From an uncultured Rhodobacteraceae bacterium (GTDB lineage Bacteria > Pseudomonadota > Alphaproteobacteria > Rhodobacterales > Rhodobacteraceae): a DNA stretch of 64,000 nt. The notes beneath the pieces are model-generated. The model was not told the origin of the DNA and did not search any database. It was given only the letters and a program-made list of their open reading frames with translations. Position 1 is the first letter of the stretch, and each line of letters starts with the position of its first letter. The position numbers and the translations under genes are program-made. Positions 52,590-61,786 of the stretch are shown piece by piece. Where the stretch lies: assembly GCA_947500005.1 (NCBI GenBank), contig CANMQJ010000004.1:3399-67398 (forward strand), written 5' to 3'.

Positions 52590-53588
52590 ATGACATCGAG
52601 CCTGAAGGTTTGCGCGGTCCTTGCCCTCGCGATGCTCTGGTCCAGCGCCGCAGCCGCTCAGCAAGCCCCGTCCGCGCCGCCCGCTCCGGCGGTCGAGAAC
52701 GGTGTCGAGCGGCCCGCTTCACCCGACACCTCGCCGCGCGTGACACCCGATTCCCCGATGGCCGAACCCCCATTGGACGCGCCCGACGACAGCCCTGCCG
52801 AGGTCGCGGCCGGGGGTTCTGCCCCGCAGGCAGAGACCGAGATACTCCAGGGTCAACCGCCTGAAACGGAACGGACAATTTCCACCGACGCCGCCCTGCC
52901 CGAGGCAGGAACCCCGACGGAGACACTCGGCGCGACGGCAAGGGCCGCCTCCGAGCGCGCGCTGCAATTCCTGCGCGACGGCGGCCCGGCCATCTGGGCC
53001 ATTGCCGTGCTGTCGGTGGTGACTGTCGCCCTGATCATGTGGAAGATCTGGCGCCTGGCGCTTACCGGCGCCTGGTCGCGCGGCAAGGCCGGGCGCGCGG
53101 TCGAACTCTACCTCGCAGGCGACGCCGCCGCCGCCCTGGCCCTGGTCGAAGGCCGTCGTGGGATCCGGTCGCGGGTGATGGCAACAGCATTGAAAAGCCT
53201 GGAAAACCTCCCCGAAGGAGCCGCCCGCGAAGAAACCGCGAGGGTCGCCAAGCGGCATCTTGCAACAGCGCGCGATGGCCTCGGCGCGCTCGAACTCATC
53301 GCCACCATCGCGCCCCTCCTCGGCCTTCTCGGGACGGTTCTCGGCATGATCGCGGCCTTCCAGGCGCTTCAGGCCGCGGGGTCGCGCGCCGATCCGGCCC
53401 TTCTGGCAGGCGGTATCTGGGAGGCGCTGCTGACCACCGCGGCCGGCATGGCCGTAGCAATCCCCGCCTCGGCCGCGCTGACCTGGTTCGACTCGGTCAT
53501 CGAGCGGATGCGCCGCGATATCGAGGACAATTCCGTGCGCGTCTTCATCGCCGCGACGCCGGTCGGGATGAAGCTGGCGGCCGAATAG
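52590..53588 (+). CDS. exbB: MotA/TolQ/ExbB proton-channel protein with a long Pro/Ala/Glu-rich N-terminal extension
   Basis: Start at MTSSLKVCAVLALAMLWSSAAAAQ; C-terminal ExbB core (IAPLLGLLGTVLGMI...GIWEALLTTAAGMAVAIP). Confidence 0.85.
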   Translation: MTSSLKVCAVLALAMLWSSAAAAQQAPSAPPAPAVENGVERPASPDTSPRVTPDSPMAEPPLDAPDDSPAEVAAGGSAPQAETEILQGQPPETERTISTDAALPEAGTPTETLGATARAASERALQFLRDGGPAIWAIAVLSVVTVALIMWKIWRLALTGAWSRGKAGRAVELYLAGDAAAALALVEGRRGIRSRVMATALKSLENLPEGAAREETARVAKRHLATARDGLGALELIATIAPLLGLLGTVLGMIAAFQALQAAGSRADPALLAGGIWEALLTTAAGMAVAIPASAALTWFDSVIERMRRDIEDNSVRVFIAATPVGMKLAAE

Positions 53589-53589
53589 G

Positions 53590-53964
53590 ATGCAGTTCAC
53601 GGTCCCCGCCCGGCCCCGGCGCAGACCCAGCCTGACGCCGATGATCGACGTGGTCTTCCTGCTTCTCGTCTTCTTCATGCTGGCCTCGCGTTTCGGGATG
53701 GACGCCATGCTTCCTTTGCCGCTCGCTGCCTCGGGCGGGGAACGCTACACCGGCCCGCCGCGCCTCGTGGACATCTCGCCCGAAGCTGTCGCCCTCAACG
53801 GCCGCCCGGTGCAGGACCTGCCAGCCGCGCTTGTTCCGCTGATGACCGGCCCCGGCGACATGATCATCCTGCGCGGGCGCGACGGCGCCACGCTGCAACG
53901 GGTCGTTTCCATCACCGAAGACCTCCGCGCGGCGGGCTATACCGCTCTCGTGCTGGTGGAGTGA
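53590..53964 (+). CDS. exbD: ExbD/TolR biopolymer transport protein (copy 1)
   Basis: SLTPMIDVVFLLLVFFML N-terminal TM signature. Confidence 0.85.
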   Translation: MQFTVPARPRRRPSLTPMIDVVFLLLVFFMLASRFGMDAMLPLPLAASGGERYTGPPRLVDISPEAVALNGRPVQDLPAALVPLMTGPGDMIILRGRDGATLQRVVSITEDLRAAGYTALVLVE

Positions 53965-53967
53965 CCC

Positions 53968-54351
53968 ATGGACCTGAGCGAGCCCCCCAAGCGCCCGCGC
54001 GGCGAATCCATCGTTCCGATGATCAACGTGGTGTTCCTGCTGCTGATCTTTTTCCTGATGACCTCGCAGCTGGCGCAACCCGATCCCTTCGACGTGACCC
54101 CGCCGCATGCCCGATCCGACGCGGAGGTCGAGGCCGAGCCGGTACTTTTCGTCGACGACGCGGGACGATTGTCCTTTGCCGGTGCAAAGGGACGGCAAGC
54201 GATCGAGGCCATCACCGCGATCGGCAATGAGACAGCGGTGATCCAGTTGCGCGCCGATGCAGATCTCGAGGCCGCGAAACTCGCCGCGATCCTGCGCCAA
54301 TTGTCCGAGGCCGGTCTCGCCCGCGTCGAACTGGTGGTCGCGCGAAAATGA
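53968..54351 (+). CDS. exbD: ExbD/TolR biopolymer transport protein (copy 2)
   Basis: SIVPMINVVFLLLIFFLM signature. Confidence 0.85.
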   Translation: MDLSEPPKRPRGESIVPMINVVFLLLIFFLMTSQLAQPDPFDVTPPHARSDAEVEAEPVLFVDDAGRLSFAGAKGRQAIEAITAIGNETAVIQLRADADLEAAKLAAILRQLSEAGLARVELVVARK

Positions 54352-55376
54352 GACACGCCCTCGAACTCGTCGTTTTCCCCGGAGTCGCGATCCTGTTCCA
54401 CGTCGCGCTTTTCGCCCGCGTCCCGGCGGATGGTGTCGACGCCGGCGGGATCGGCGGCGAGGCGACGATTTCGCTCGAGGCGGCGGATGCGACGGTGGCC
54501 GAAATGGTGGCGGCCTGGGACCGCCCGGTCATGCGCCCTTCCGAGCCCGCGCCAGTTCTCCCCCCGGTCGAGACCGGAACCGAGACGCTGGACCTGCCCC
54601 GTCTCGACCTTGCCGAGGCGCCACGAGCCCAGATGCGGATGGCCGCACTGCCTCCTGCCGAGGCCGAGACGCTGCGCCTCGAGGTCGAGACGGCCCTGCC
54701 GCGTCCGCAGATGACGCAGCCCGAGATCGTCCGACCAGCCCCCCCCAGCACGCCGGCGACGCCCGACCTGCCCTTGGGCGAGAAGCCGGCGCCCGATCCG
54801 CCCGCGCGCATCACCGCGCTGGGGCAGCCGCAGGCCGAGACGCTGGAGATCGAAACCGAGGCCGCGGAGGCGCCGCCCTCGGCGGTTGCGCCAACGGCCT
54901 CGCTGCGCCCCCCGCGACGGCCTGCACCGCGGTCCGAGGCCGAACAGCAACCGGAGCCGCGGCAAGAATCGGCCCGCAAGGCCGAGCAGACCGACCCCGG
55001 TCGCGCGCGGCAGCGTGCCGCGGGCGCGGGCGGCAGCGCCCGGGCCGGTACAGCCGGAAGTGCGGCCATCGCGACCCTGTCAAAAGGCCAGCAGGCGAAA
55101 CTTCAGCAGGAATGGGGCGCCAGAATCCTCGCCCGAATCGAGCGCGCGAAACGCTATCCCCGCGGCGCGCATGCCTCGGGCCAGGTGCAGATCGTCCTGT
55201 CGGTGGCGCGCACGGGGCAGTTGCTGGGCGTCAGTACGCGCCGGTCCTCGGGCAATGCACAACTTGATCAGGCCGCGCTGGATGCCGTCCGCCGGGCCGG
55301 CCGTTTTACCGCCGCCCCACGCGACCTCCCCGGAAACTCCTTCGCATTCAGCTTCACGATGGTCCTGAGACGCTGA
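54348..55376 (+). CDS. tonB: TonB-family energy transducer
   Basis: N-terminal TM helix, long Pro/Ala/Glu-rich spacer, C-terminal TonB_C-like domain (YPRGAHASGQVQIVLSVARTGQLLGV...LDQAALDAVRRAGRF). Confidence 0.8.
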   Translation: MRHALELVVFPGVAILFHVALFARVPADGVDAGGIGGEATISLEAADATVAEMVAAWDRPVMRPSEPAPVLPPVETGTETLDLPRLDLAEAPRAQMRMAALPPAEAETLRLEVETALPRPQMTQPEIVRPAPPSTPATPDLPLGEKPAPDPPARITALGQPQAETLEIETEAAEAPPSAVAPTASLRPPRRPAPRSEAEQQPEPRQESARKAEQTDPGRARQRAAGAGGSARAGTAGSAAIATLSKGQQAKLQQEWGARILARIERAKRYPRGAHASGQVQIVLSVARTGQLLGVSTRRSSGNAQLDQAALDAVRRAGRFTAAPRDLPGNSFAFSFTMVLRR

Positions 55377-55520
55377 ATATCGAAGAGTCCCGGGCCTGAC
55401 CCTTGCGGCGCGGCGCTGACACGGGAAAACGGCACCGGACGCTCAAGCATCCGAAATGCGATACGACCTGAGCAAAAAGTTTATTCGAATGAGGGGGAAC
55501 CAAACCCTGTAGGGTTTGAA

Positions 55521-55607
55521 TGGTGCGGTCGAGAAGACTCGAACTTCCACGGGTGTTACCCCACAGCGACCTCAACGCTGCGCGTCTACCAATTCCGCCA
55601 CGACCGC
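55521..55607 (-). tRNA. tRNA-Leu(GAG)
   Basis: The minus strand reads GCGGUCGUGGCGGAAUUGGUAGACGCGCAGCGUUGAGGUCGCUGUGGGGUAACACCCGUGGAAGUUCGAGUCUUCUCGACCGCACCA; anticodon loop UU-GAG-GU; long variable arm. Confidence 0.9.
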
Positions 55608-55747
55608 ACTGTCTAGGCTTGGTGAGGGGGCGTATAGACGAGGGTTCCGGGGATGTGAAGAGGCAAAAACACGTTTTCGATTGATTTCCCGAACGCCGCG
55701 ACCATGTGTTGATCCAGCCCCGCAAACGCGACCGGAAAGGCTGATCG

Positions 55748-56416
55748 ATGACCGAAGATTCTCCCGTGACGGACCGCACGCAGGTTCAGGTAGACATCGT
55801 TTCGGATGTCGTTTGTCCCTGGTGCATCATCGGCTTCCTGCAACTGGACCGCGCCCTCTCCGCCGAGAATGTCATCGCGAACCTGCGCTGGCATCCGTTC
55901 GAACTCAACCCTGCCATGCCGCCCGAAGGCCAGAACCTGCGGGAGCATATCGTCGAGAAATACGGCTCCTCGGCTGCCGACAGCGATGCCGCGCGGGCGC
56001 GGCTGACCGAGCTCGGCGTCGGACTGGGTTTCGCCTTCCGCTTCACCGAAAACAGCCGGATCTGGAACACCTTTGGCGCGCATCAACTGCTTGACTGGGC
56101 CGAGAGCCAGGGTCGGCAGCACCCGCTTAAACTCGCGCTGTTCGAGTCCTGCTTTACCCGGGGCGAGGATGTCTCGGACCCAGACGTGCTGGCTGACGCG
56201 GCCGCACGGGCGGGGCTGGACGCGGCACAGGCCCGGGCCGCGCTTGCCTCGGGCGCGCATGTGGAGTCCACCCGCGAGAAACAGGCCTTCTGGACCAGCC
56301 GCGGGATCACCGGCGTTCCCGCGATGGTCTTTGCCGGCAGGTACCTCGTCACCGGCGCCCAGGGCACCGAGGCTTATCGCCAGATATTGCGCCGCTGCCT
56401 CGCCGAGGCCGCCTGA
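55748..56416 (+). CDS. DsbA-family thiol oxidoreductase (FrnE/HCCA-isomerase-like)
   Basis: CPWC active-site motif at [10 protein letters not shown]; 222 aa. Confidence 0.8.
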   Translation: MTEDSPVTDRTQVQVDIVSDVVCPWCIIGFLQLDRALSAENVIANLRWHPFELNPAMPPEGQNLREHIVEKYGSSAADSDAARARLTELGVGLGFAFRFTENSRIWNTFGAHQLLDWAESQGRQHPLKLALFESCFTRGEDVSDPDVLADAAARAGLDAAQARAALASGAHVESTREKQAFWTSRGITGVPAMVFAGRYLVTGAQGTEAYRQILRRCLAEAA

Positions 56417-56454
56417 CCCTTCCCTCCTTCCCGGCGCTGGTCTATTCAGCGCGC

Positions 56455-57108
56455 ATGGAATGGAAAATCACCGACGGGCTGACGGCGTATGACGAGGCGC
56501 TCGCCTTCATGGAGGCGCGCGTCGCCGCCGTTGCCGAGGGCCGGGCCGAGGAATGCATCTGGCTGCTCGAGCACCCCCCGCTTTACACCGCCGGGACCTC
56601 GGCCCGGATCGAGGATCTGACCGATCCCGACCGCTTTCCCGTGCATCAAAGTCGGCGCGGCGGGCAGTATACCTATCACGGCCCGGGGCAGCGCGTGGTC
56701 TATGTCATGCTCGACCTCAACCGTCGCGGGCGGGACGTGCGCCGCTTCGTACAGGATCTCGAGGCATGGGTCATCGCGACCCTGGCCGAGTTCAACCTGC
56801 GCGGCGAGATTCGCGAGGGTCGCGTGGGTGTCTGGGTGACCCGTCCCGACAAACCCCGCACGCCCGGCGGCGCGCCTGCCGAGGACAAGATCGCCGCCAT
56901 CGGCATCCGCCTGCGAAAGTGGATCAGCTTTCATGGCATCTCGATCAACGTGGACCCGGACCTCGAGCATTTCTCGGGGATCGTACCCTGCGGCATCGCC
57001 GATCACGGCGTCACCTCACTGGTAGATCTCGGTTTGCCCGTCACGATGGACGATCTCGATCTCGCCTTGCGCCGGGCCTTCGACGCCACCATGCAGATCC
57101 CCGGCTGA
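56455..57108 (+). CDS. lipB: octanoyl/lipoyl transferase LipB
   Basis: [44 protein letters not shown] motifs. Confidence 0.9.
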   Translation: MEWKITDGLTAYDEALAFMEARVAAVAEGRAEECIWLLEHPPLYTAGTSARIEDLTDPDRFPVHQSRRGGQYTYHGPGQRVVYVMLDLNRRGRDVRRFVQDLEAWVIATLAEFNLRGEIREGRVGVWVTRPDKPRTPGGAPAEDKIAAIGIRLRKWISFHGISINVDPDLEHFSGIVPCGIADHGVTSLVDLGLPVTMDDLDLALRRAFDATMQIPG

Positions 57109-57164
57109 TACGAACGCGCTTCGACGCACGGTGGACGGCCCTCCGGGAAGCACTGGGAACGCCT

Positions 57165-58907
57165 TCACGGGCGCACGGCCATCTCCGCGATCGCGTCGAG
57201 CACATAATGCGGCTCTTCGTAGAGCAGGAATTGTCCGGCCTCGGGGCGCAGACGAAAGCTGACATGGGAATGGACGGCCGCGAAAGCTTCGGTCGCGCTT
57301 GCCGACAGGACGGGATCGTGCGCACCATGCAGGTGGACCACGGGCGCACCGCCGCTGCCGATGAGCGGTGTCCAGTTGCGCACCATCAGATGCCCGTCCG
57401 AAACGAAACCGCCAGCCCCCGACTGCACCGCAAAGCGATAGCCCGCATGCATCAACTCCTCGACCCCGAGCCGGGCGATGACAGTGCGTTCATGGCTTCC
57501 GGGGCGATAGAGCGAATCCATCAGCTTGCCGATCTGGTCGCTGTCGATCAGCGCCATCCCCGCCCGCACGAAAAACGGCAGAAGCGCAGGGGTGTAGCGC
57601 GCGGTGTAGGACATCACGCGCTGACGCGGCGCCATCTGAGAGATCTGCTTCATCCGCAGGATAGGGCCGCCGCCCGACACGGCCACCATCCCAGCAACCC
57701 CGTCCCTTAACCGGTTGCACAGAACATGCCCGAACAGCGCGCCTGCCATGTGACCCAGGATCACCGGCCGGTCCAGCCCCTCACGCTCGATCAACTCGCC
57801 GACATGCGCGGCGACCGCGTCGATCGCCGCTTCGGGCGAGGCCACGCCGGGCGAGAGGCCATATCCCGGTCGCACCGGCGCCAGAACCCGCATCCCGCGC
57901 CTGCGAAACCGGTCCTGCAGGAATTGCAAAGGCGCCATCCCGTCAAGCATCCCGTGCAGGTAGATCACCGGCCGGCCACCGGGATCGCCGCAGCGAAACA
58001 GCTGCATGTCAAGCCCGCTGCGCATGCGCCATATCTCCGAGGGCAGCGCCACCATGCCGGGATGCCCCGCCCGCGTCCTTGCCTCGGTATCGACAAGGTA
58101 GGCGACGAGGCGGATCAGTTCGACCTGGCCCGGCGCACCGGTCTTGGCCAGAACGGATTTCGCCTGGTTCCGCACCGTGTGCTCGGACCGGCCCGAGCTG
58201 TCGGCGATGTCCCGAAGGCTCTGCCCCGTCATCAACTTGCGCACCACCTCGACTTCCGCGCGCGACAGACCGAAGGAAGTGACCAGCATCTGCTCGGCCT
58301 CCCGGGTCCATTGGTAGTCGAGACCTTCGATCATCACCTGAACCGGGGCGCCCTCGTCAAAGGCGATGCGCGCGATCAGATGACGAGGCCGAATGTCGGT
58401 GGTCAGGACCAGCGGATTGGCCGACTTGTCCCCTGCGCGGGCCGCTTTGAGCAGAGCCTCCAGCATCCGGGCCCCGTGCCCGACCAGATGGGCCGTCAAG
58501 TCCTCGAGCGCGGCCCGCTCTCCCAACAGATCGCGCGCCGCCGAACCTGCGGCCAGGATACGCCCCTCGGGCGAGGCCAGGATGGCGAAGCCCTGCGTCC
58601 GCGCCACGCGACTGCGCAGTTCCGACCTCGGCAACTTGCGACCGATCTGTTCGAGGATGTCATGGGCCCGCGCGAAATGGGCCTGAAGCTCGGGGTCGAT
58701 CTCCATCCCGCCCTGAACGTCGCGCGCGTCGAGGCTGGCCGCGACCGAAGGGTCGCTCAGGATTGCGCCTATATGGTCCTCCCAGGCTTCCATGAACATT
58801 TCATAGAGTTCCGGGCGCAGGACCGTCTCATATATCGCCGCGACCACCTGGTCACGCGACACGGTCGTCCGATCTGTTGGCGCGTCTCGAATCTCGGCCG
58901 CCTCCAA
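57165..58907 (-). CDS. LuxR/GerE-type HTH regulator fused to a C-terminal alpha/beta-hydrolase-fold domain lacking the nucleophile serine
   Basis: Central HTH (aa ~213-270: LSRAEVEVVRKLMTGQSLRDIADSSGRSEHTVRNQAKSVLAKTG); hydrolase-like domain from aa ~300 with GHMAG (57747-57749 encodes Met) where GxSxG is expected. Confidence 0.7.
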   Translation of the reverse strand: MEAAEIRDAPTDRTTVSRDQVVAAIYETVLRPELYEMFMEAWEDHIGAILSDPSVAASLDARDVQGGMEIDPELQAHFARAHDILEQIGRKLPRSELRSRVARTQGFAILASPEGRILAAGSAARDLLGERAALEDLTAHLVGHGARMLEALLKAARAGDKSANPLVLTTDIRPRHLIARIAFDEGAPVQVMIEGLDYQWTREAEQMLVTSFGLSRAEVEVVRKLMTGQSLRDIADSSGRSEHTVRNQAKSVLAKTGAPGQVELIRLVAYLVDTEARTRAGHPGMVALPSEIWRMRSGLDMQLFRCGDPGGRPVIYLHGMLDGMAPLQFLQDRFRRRGMRVLAPVRPGYGLSPGVASPEAAIDAVAAHVGELIEREGLDRPVILGHMAGALFGHVLCNRLRDGVAGMVAVSGGGPILRMKQISQMAPRQRVMSYTARYTPALLPFFVRAGMALIDSDQIGKLMDSLYRPGSHERTVIARLGVEELMHAGYRFAVQSGAGGFVSDGHLMVRNWTPLIGSGGAPVVHLHGAHDPVLSASATEAFAAVHSHVSFRLRPEAGQFLLYEEPHYVLDAIAEMAVRP

Positions 58908-59051
58908 TGCTCTGCCTTGGGGTCAAGTATCCGCGATTCCGGGCAGAAGAAAAGGTCCGGCACCCGACGCTCTGATCCAAACGCAGCATTCCGGAGATGC
59001 GGAACTCAAGCTCGAAGAAACGAACACGTTTTCAAGAGCTTGCGGTCGGCG

Positions 59052-59480
59052 TCACCCCTCCAGAGCGGCGCGGATCTTCTCGGCATGGGTGGCGATGGCG
59101 TCCATGTCGCCCATCTGGCCGGGGGCGCGGGGTTTCACGCCGTCATGCCGGGGCAGGACGTGGAAATGCAGGTGGTACACCTCTTGCCCGCCGGCGGATT
59201 CGTTGAACTGTTGCACCGTAACCCCTTGGGCGTCAAAGGCTTTCATGACCGCGCGGGCCATCTTCTGCGTGGTCGCGATCACCGCCGAGAGCTGGCCTTC
59301 CGAGGCATCCAGCAGGTTGCGGCAGGGGGTCTTGGGGATGACCAGCAGGTGCCCGTCCACGCGGGGCATTATGTCCATGAAAACAAGGGTTTCGTCATCC
59401 TCGTAAACACGGGTCGAGGGGATCTCGCCGCGCAGGATCTTTGCGAAGATGTTGTCGGGATCATAGTCCATGGGGGTCAT
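59052..59480 (-). CDS. HIT-family (histidine triad) protein
   Basis: Start at MTPMDYDPDNIFAKILRGEIP; triad HLHFHVLPR. Confidence 0.85.
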   Translation of the reverse strand: MTPMDYDPDNIFAKILRGEIPSTRVYEDDETLVFMDIMPRVDGHLLVIPKTPCRNLLDASEGQLSAVIATTQKMARAVMKAFDAQGVTVQQFNESAGGQEVYHLHFHVLPRHDGVKPRAPGQMGDMDAIATHAEKIRAALEG

Positions 59481-59557
59481 TGCCTGTGTTGATCGGTGGT
59501 CGGAAAGAGTTGTGAGCGACCCCTGCCCCCCGGTCAACCCGCCCCCGCCGGTTTCGG

Positions 59558-59633
59558 GGTTTGTACAAGGCCGAACGGCTGTCTTGACCGTTTTGTACAT
59601 CGGTTCGGGGGGTGATTGACCGTTTTGTACAAG
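59558..59633 (-). repeat. phased motif array, locus 3 (inverted orientation): 3 units at 32-bp spacing
   Basis: GTAC cores at 59627, 59595 and 59563; the plus strand shows TTGACCGTTTTGTACA twice (59584-59599, 59616-59631) plus the degenerate GTTTGTACAA; the array points toward the HIT gene. Confidence 0.65.
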
Positions 59634-59910
59634 AGTTCAGCGATAAATTTTGCCCCCCGGCAAGCAGGGCCCGGCTTCAGAGTTCCTTAACCTGCGCGGA
59701 TTACTCTCGAGGTCGAACATCCACGGGGCAGAGGAGGACAAAACCGAGGCTTGCCAGACTGAACGCGATTTCGGCGGGCCGATGGAAGACGAGGCACCTC
59801 TTGCCGCCAGCTTCACCGAGGCAGTCGACATATATCTCCGCCTGCATCATGCTCGAAGAGTTCGGGGGCGTTGGGCCCTTGGGCACGGACCTGATGCGGA
59901 GGAGGACACC

Positions 59911-60198
59911 ATGACCACACGCGACGAGTATGTCGAGAAGACCAAGGCGCGGATCGATCAGTGGAATGCCGAGATCGACAAGATGGAAGCCCGGCTGCGA
60001 GAGGCGGAGGCGGATTCGCGCATCGAATACGAGAAGAACCTCAAGCAGATGCGCGCGCAGCGCGACGAGGCCGAGGGCCAGTTGAGGAAGATGCGGGAGG
60101 CCGGGGATCGCGCCTGGGACGACCTTCAGGAAGGGTTTGACCGGTCCTGGAAGGAAATCCGGGCCGCGTTCGAGAGCGCCGCCTCACGCTTCCGCTAG
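59911..60198 (+). CDS. small coiled-coil protein (95 aa), function unknown
   Basis: GGAGGAGGA RBS; heptad-rich charged sequence MTTRDEYVEKTKARIDQWNAEIDKMEARLREAEADSRIEYEKNLKQMRAQRDEAEGQLRKM... Confidence 0.6.
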   Translation: MTTRDEYVEKTKARIDQWNAEIDKMEARLREAEADSRIEYEKNLKQMRAQRDEAEGQLRKMREAGDRAWDDLQEGFDRSWKEIRAAFESAASRFR

Positions 60199-60210
60199 GG
60201 TCGCAACGTC

Positions 60211-60280
60211 CTGGCACCGCGCGCTTCCGCCAGGGCCGCTCCGCCCTGGCGCCGCGCGGTTCCGCCAGGGCCGCACCGCC
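60211..60280 (+). repeat. 35-nt tandem duplication (2 copies, 32/35 identical), GC-rich and hairpin-forming
   Basis: CTGGCACCGCGCGCTTCCGCCAGGGCCGCTCCGCC / CTGGCGCCGCGCGGTTCCGCCAGGGCCGCACCGCC; flanked by GGTCGCAA at 60199 and 60295. Confidence 0.6.
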
Positions 60281-60400
60281 GTGATGCCGCGCGGGGTCGC
60301 AAACGCGGCCCGATGCGGCGTTGCAGCGAAGGTGAAACGACTCGACGCATGGCAGGGTCACGCCAGGGTTGGAGAGGTCATTCGAGCGCGGGGGCTGGCC

Positions 60401-61654
60401 ATGCTCAAGGTTGTGTCCGGGGTTTGGGCCCTGTTGATCGGCATCGTCTTCATCATGCTGGGCAACGGGCTGCATTTCACCCTGATCGGGGTGCGCGGGG
60501 ATATCGAGGGGTTCTCGGCCACGGAACTGGCCATCGTGACCTCGGGCTATTTCGTGGGGTTCCTGTCGGGGGCACATTACGCGCCCAAGCTGATCCGCCG
60601 GGTCGGCCATGTGCGGGTCTTCGCCGCGCTTGGCAGCTTCATGTCGGCGGGTCTGATCGCCTTTCCGCTGCTGGCCGAGCCCTGGGCCTGGACGGTGCTG
60701 CGGGTGCTGGTGGGGTTCTCGATGTCGGGAATCTATGTCACCGCCGAGAGCTGGCTGAACGATTCGGCCACCAACGAGACGCGCGGCAAGGTTCTGTCGG
60801 CCTACATGATCGCGCAGACGCTGGGCATCATCGGGGCGCAGGGGCTGCTGACGCTGGGCGACACGGCGGGGGCCACGCTGTTCATCGGGGCGTCGATCCT
60901 GGTGTCGGTCTCCTTCGGACCGATCCTGCTTTCGGTCTCGCCGGTGCCGGCGGCGGCGATCACGCGGTCGATGCCGCTGCGCGAACTGTTCACGGGCTCG
61001 CCGCTGGCGACGGTGGGAATCTTCCTGCTGGGAAGCATCTATGCGACGCAGACGGGGATGGGCGCGGTGTTCGGCACCCAGATCGGCATGACGACCGAGC
61101 AGATCGCGCTGTTCATCGCGATGATGTTCGGCGGCGCGCTGGTGCTGCAATATCCCATCGGCTGGCTGTCGGACCGGATCGACCGGCGGCAGGTGATCTT
61201 TGGCGCGGCGGCGCTGGGCGCGGGGTTCTGCGTCGCGGGCTGGATGCTGGGCGGGGCGCTGTGGCCGCTGATGGCCGCGGCCTTTCTGACCGGAGGGGTC
61301 ACGACGCCGCTTTACGCGCTGATGCTGGCCTATGCCAATGACGCGCTGCCGGTCGAGGACATGCCGGCAGCCTCGGGGGGGCTGGTGCTGACCTTCGGGA
61401 TCGGGGCGATCCTGGGGCCGCTGGCGACGGGCTGGGCGATGCAGCATGTGGGGCCCTCGGCCTTCTGGCTGGTGCTTTCGGTGACCTTCGGGGCGGTCGC
61501 GCTCTATGCGCTCTACCGGATGACGCAGCGGGCGGCGGTACCGGTGGCGGAAACCGAGAGCTACCTTGGCGTTCTGCCGACGGCCTCGCCGCTGGCGGTG
61601 GAGGCGGCGGGCGCGTGGTCGGCGGAGCAGGCCGAGGACGAGGCCCAAGGCTGA
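60401..61654 (+). CDS. MFS transporter (YcaD-like)
   Basis: Start at MLKVVSGVWALLIGIVFIMLGNG; 12 TM helices; upstream part of the ORF rejected (Arg/Pro-rich, overlaps the repeat region). Confidence 0.8.
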   Translation: MLKVVSGVWALLIGIVFIMLGNGLHFTLIGVRGDIEGFSATELAIVTSGYFVGFLSGAHYAPKLIRRVGHVRVFAALGSFMSAGLIAFPLLAEPWAWTVLRVLVGFSMSGIYVTAESWLNDSATNETRGKVLSAYMIAQTLGIIGAQGLLTLGDTAGATLFIGASILVSVSFGPILLSVSPVPAAAITRSMPLRELFTGSPLATVGIFLLGSIYATQTGMGAVFGTQIGMTTEQIALFIAMMFGGALVLQYPIGWLSDRIDRRQVIFGAAALGAGFCVAGWMLGGALWPLMAAAFLTGGVTTPLYALMLAYANDALPVEDMPAASGGLVLTFGIGAILGPLATGWAMQHVGPSAFWLVLSVTFGAVALYALYRMTQRAAVPVAETESYLGVLPTASPLAVEAAGAWSAEQAEDEAQG

Positions 61655-61786
61655 AGCCGGTTCCGCGCGCTGGGCGCGCGGGACAGGAAGGACTCGCCAG
61701 AGGGTGGGCGCGCGGATATCGTGAAAACGGAATGTCAGGCTGCACGCCGCCCATGAGACCGAGGCCCGACCCGGCCCGAAAAGGAG

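Noticed and set aside
55667-55685. Shared 11-mer AACACGTTTTC with 59024-59034, a possible relative of the GTAC motif
   Set aside because: An 11-mer repeat is expected by chance many times in 64 kb read on both strands. It has no GTAC core and no phasing.
55610-55747. tRNA-Leu(GAG) as an integration hotspot or remnant of a genomic island
   Set aside because: There is no integrase, no direct repeat of the tRNA 3' end, and no compositionally odd gene block on either side.
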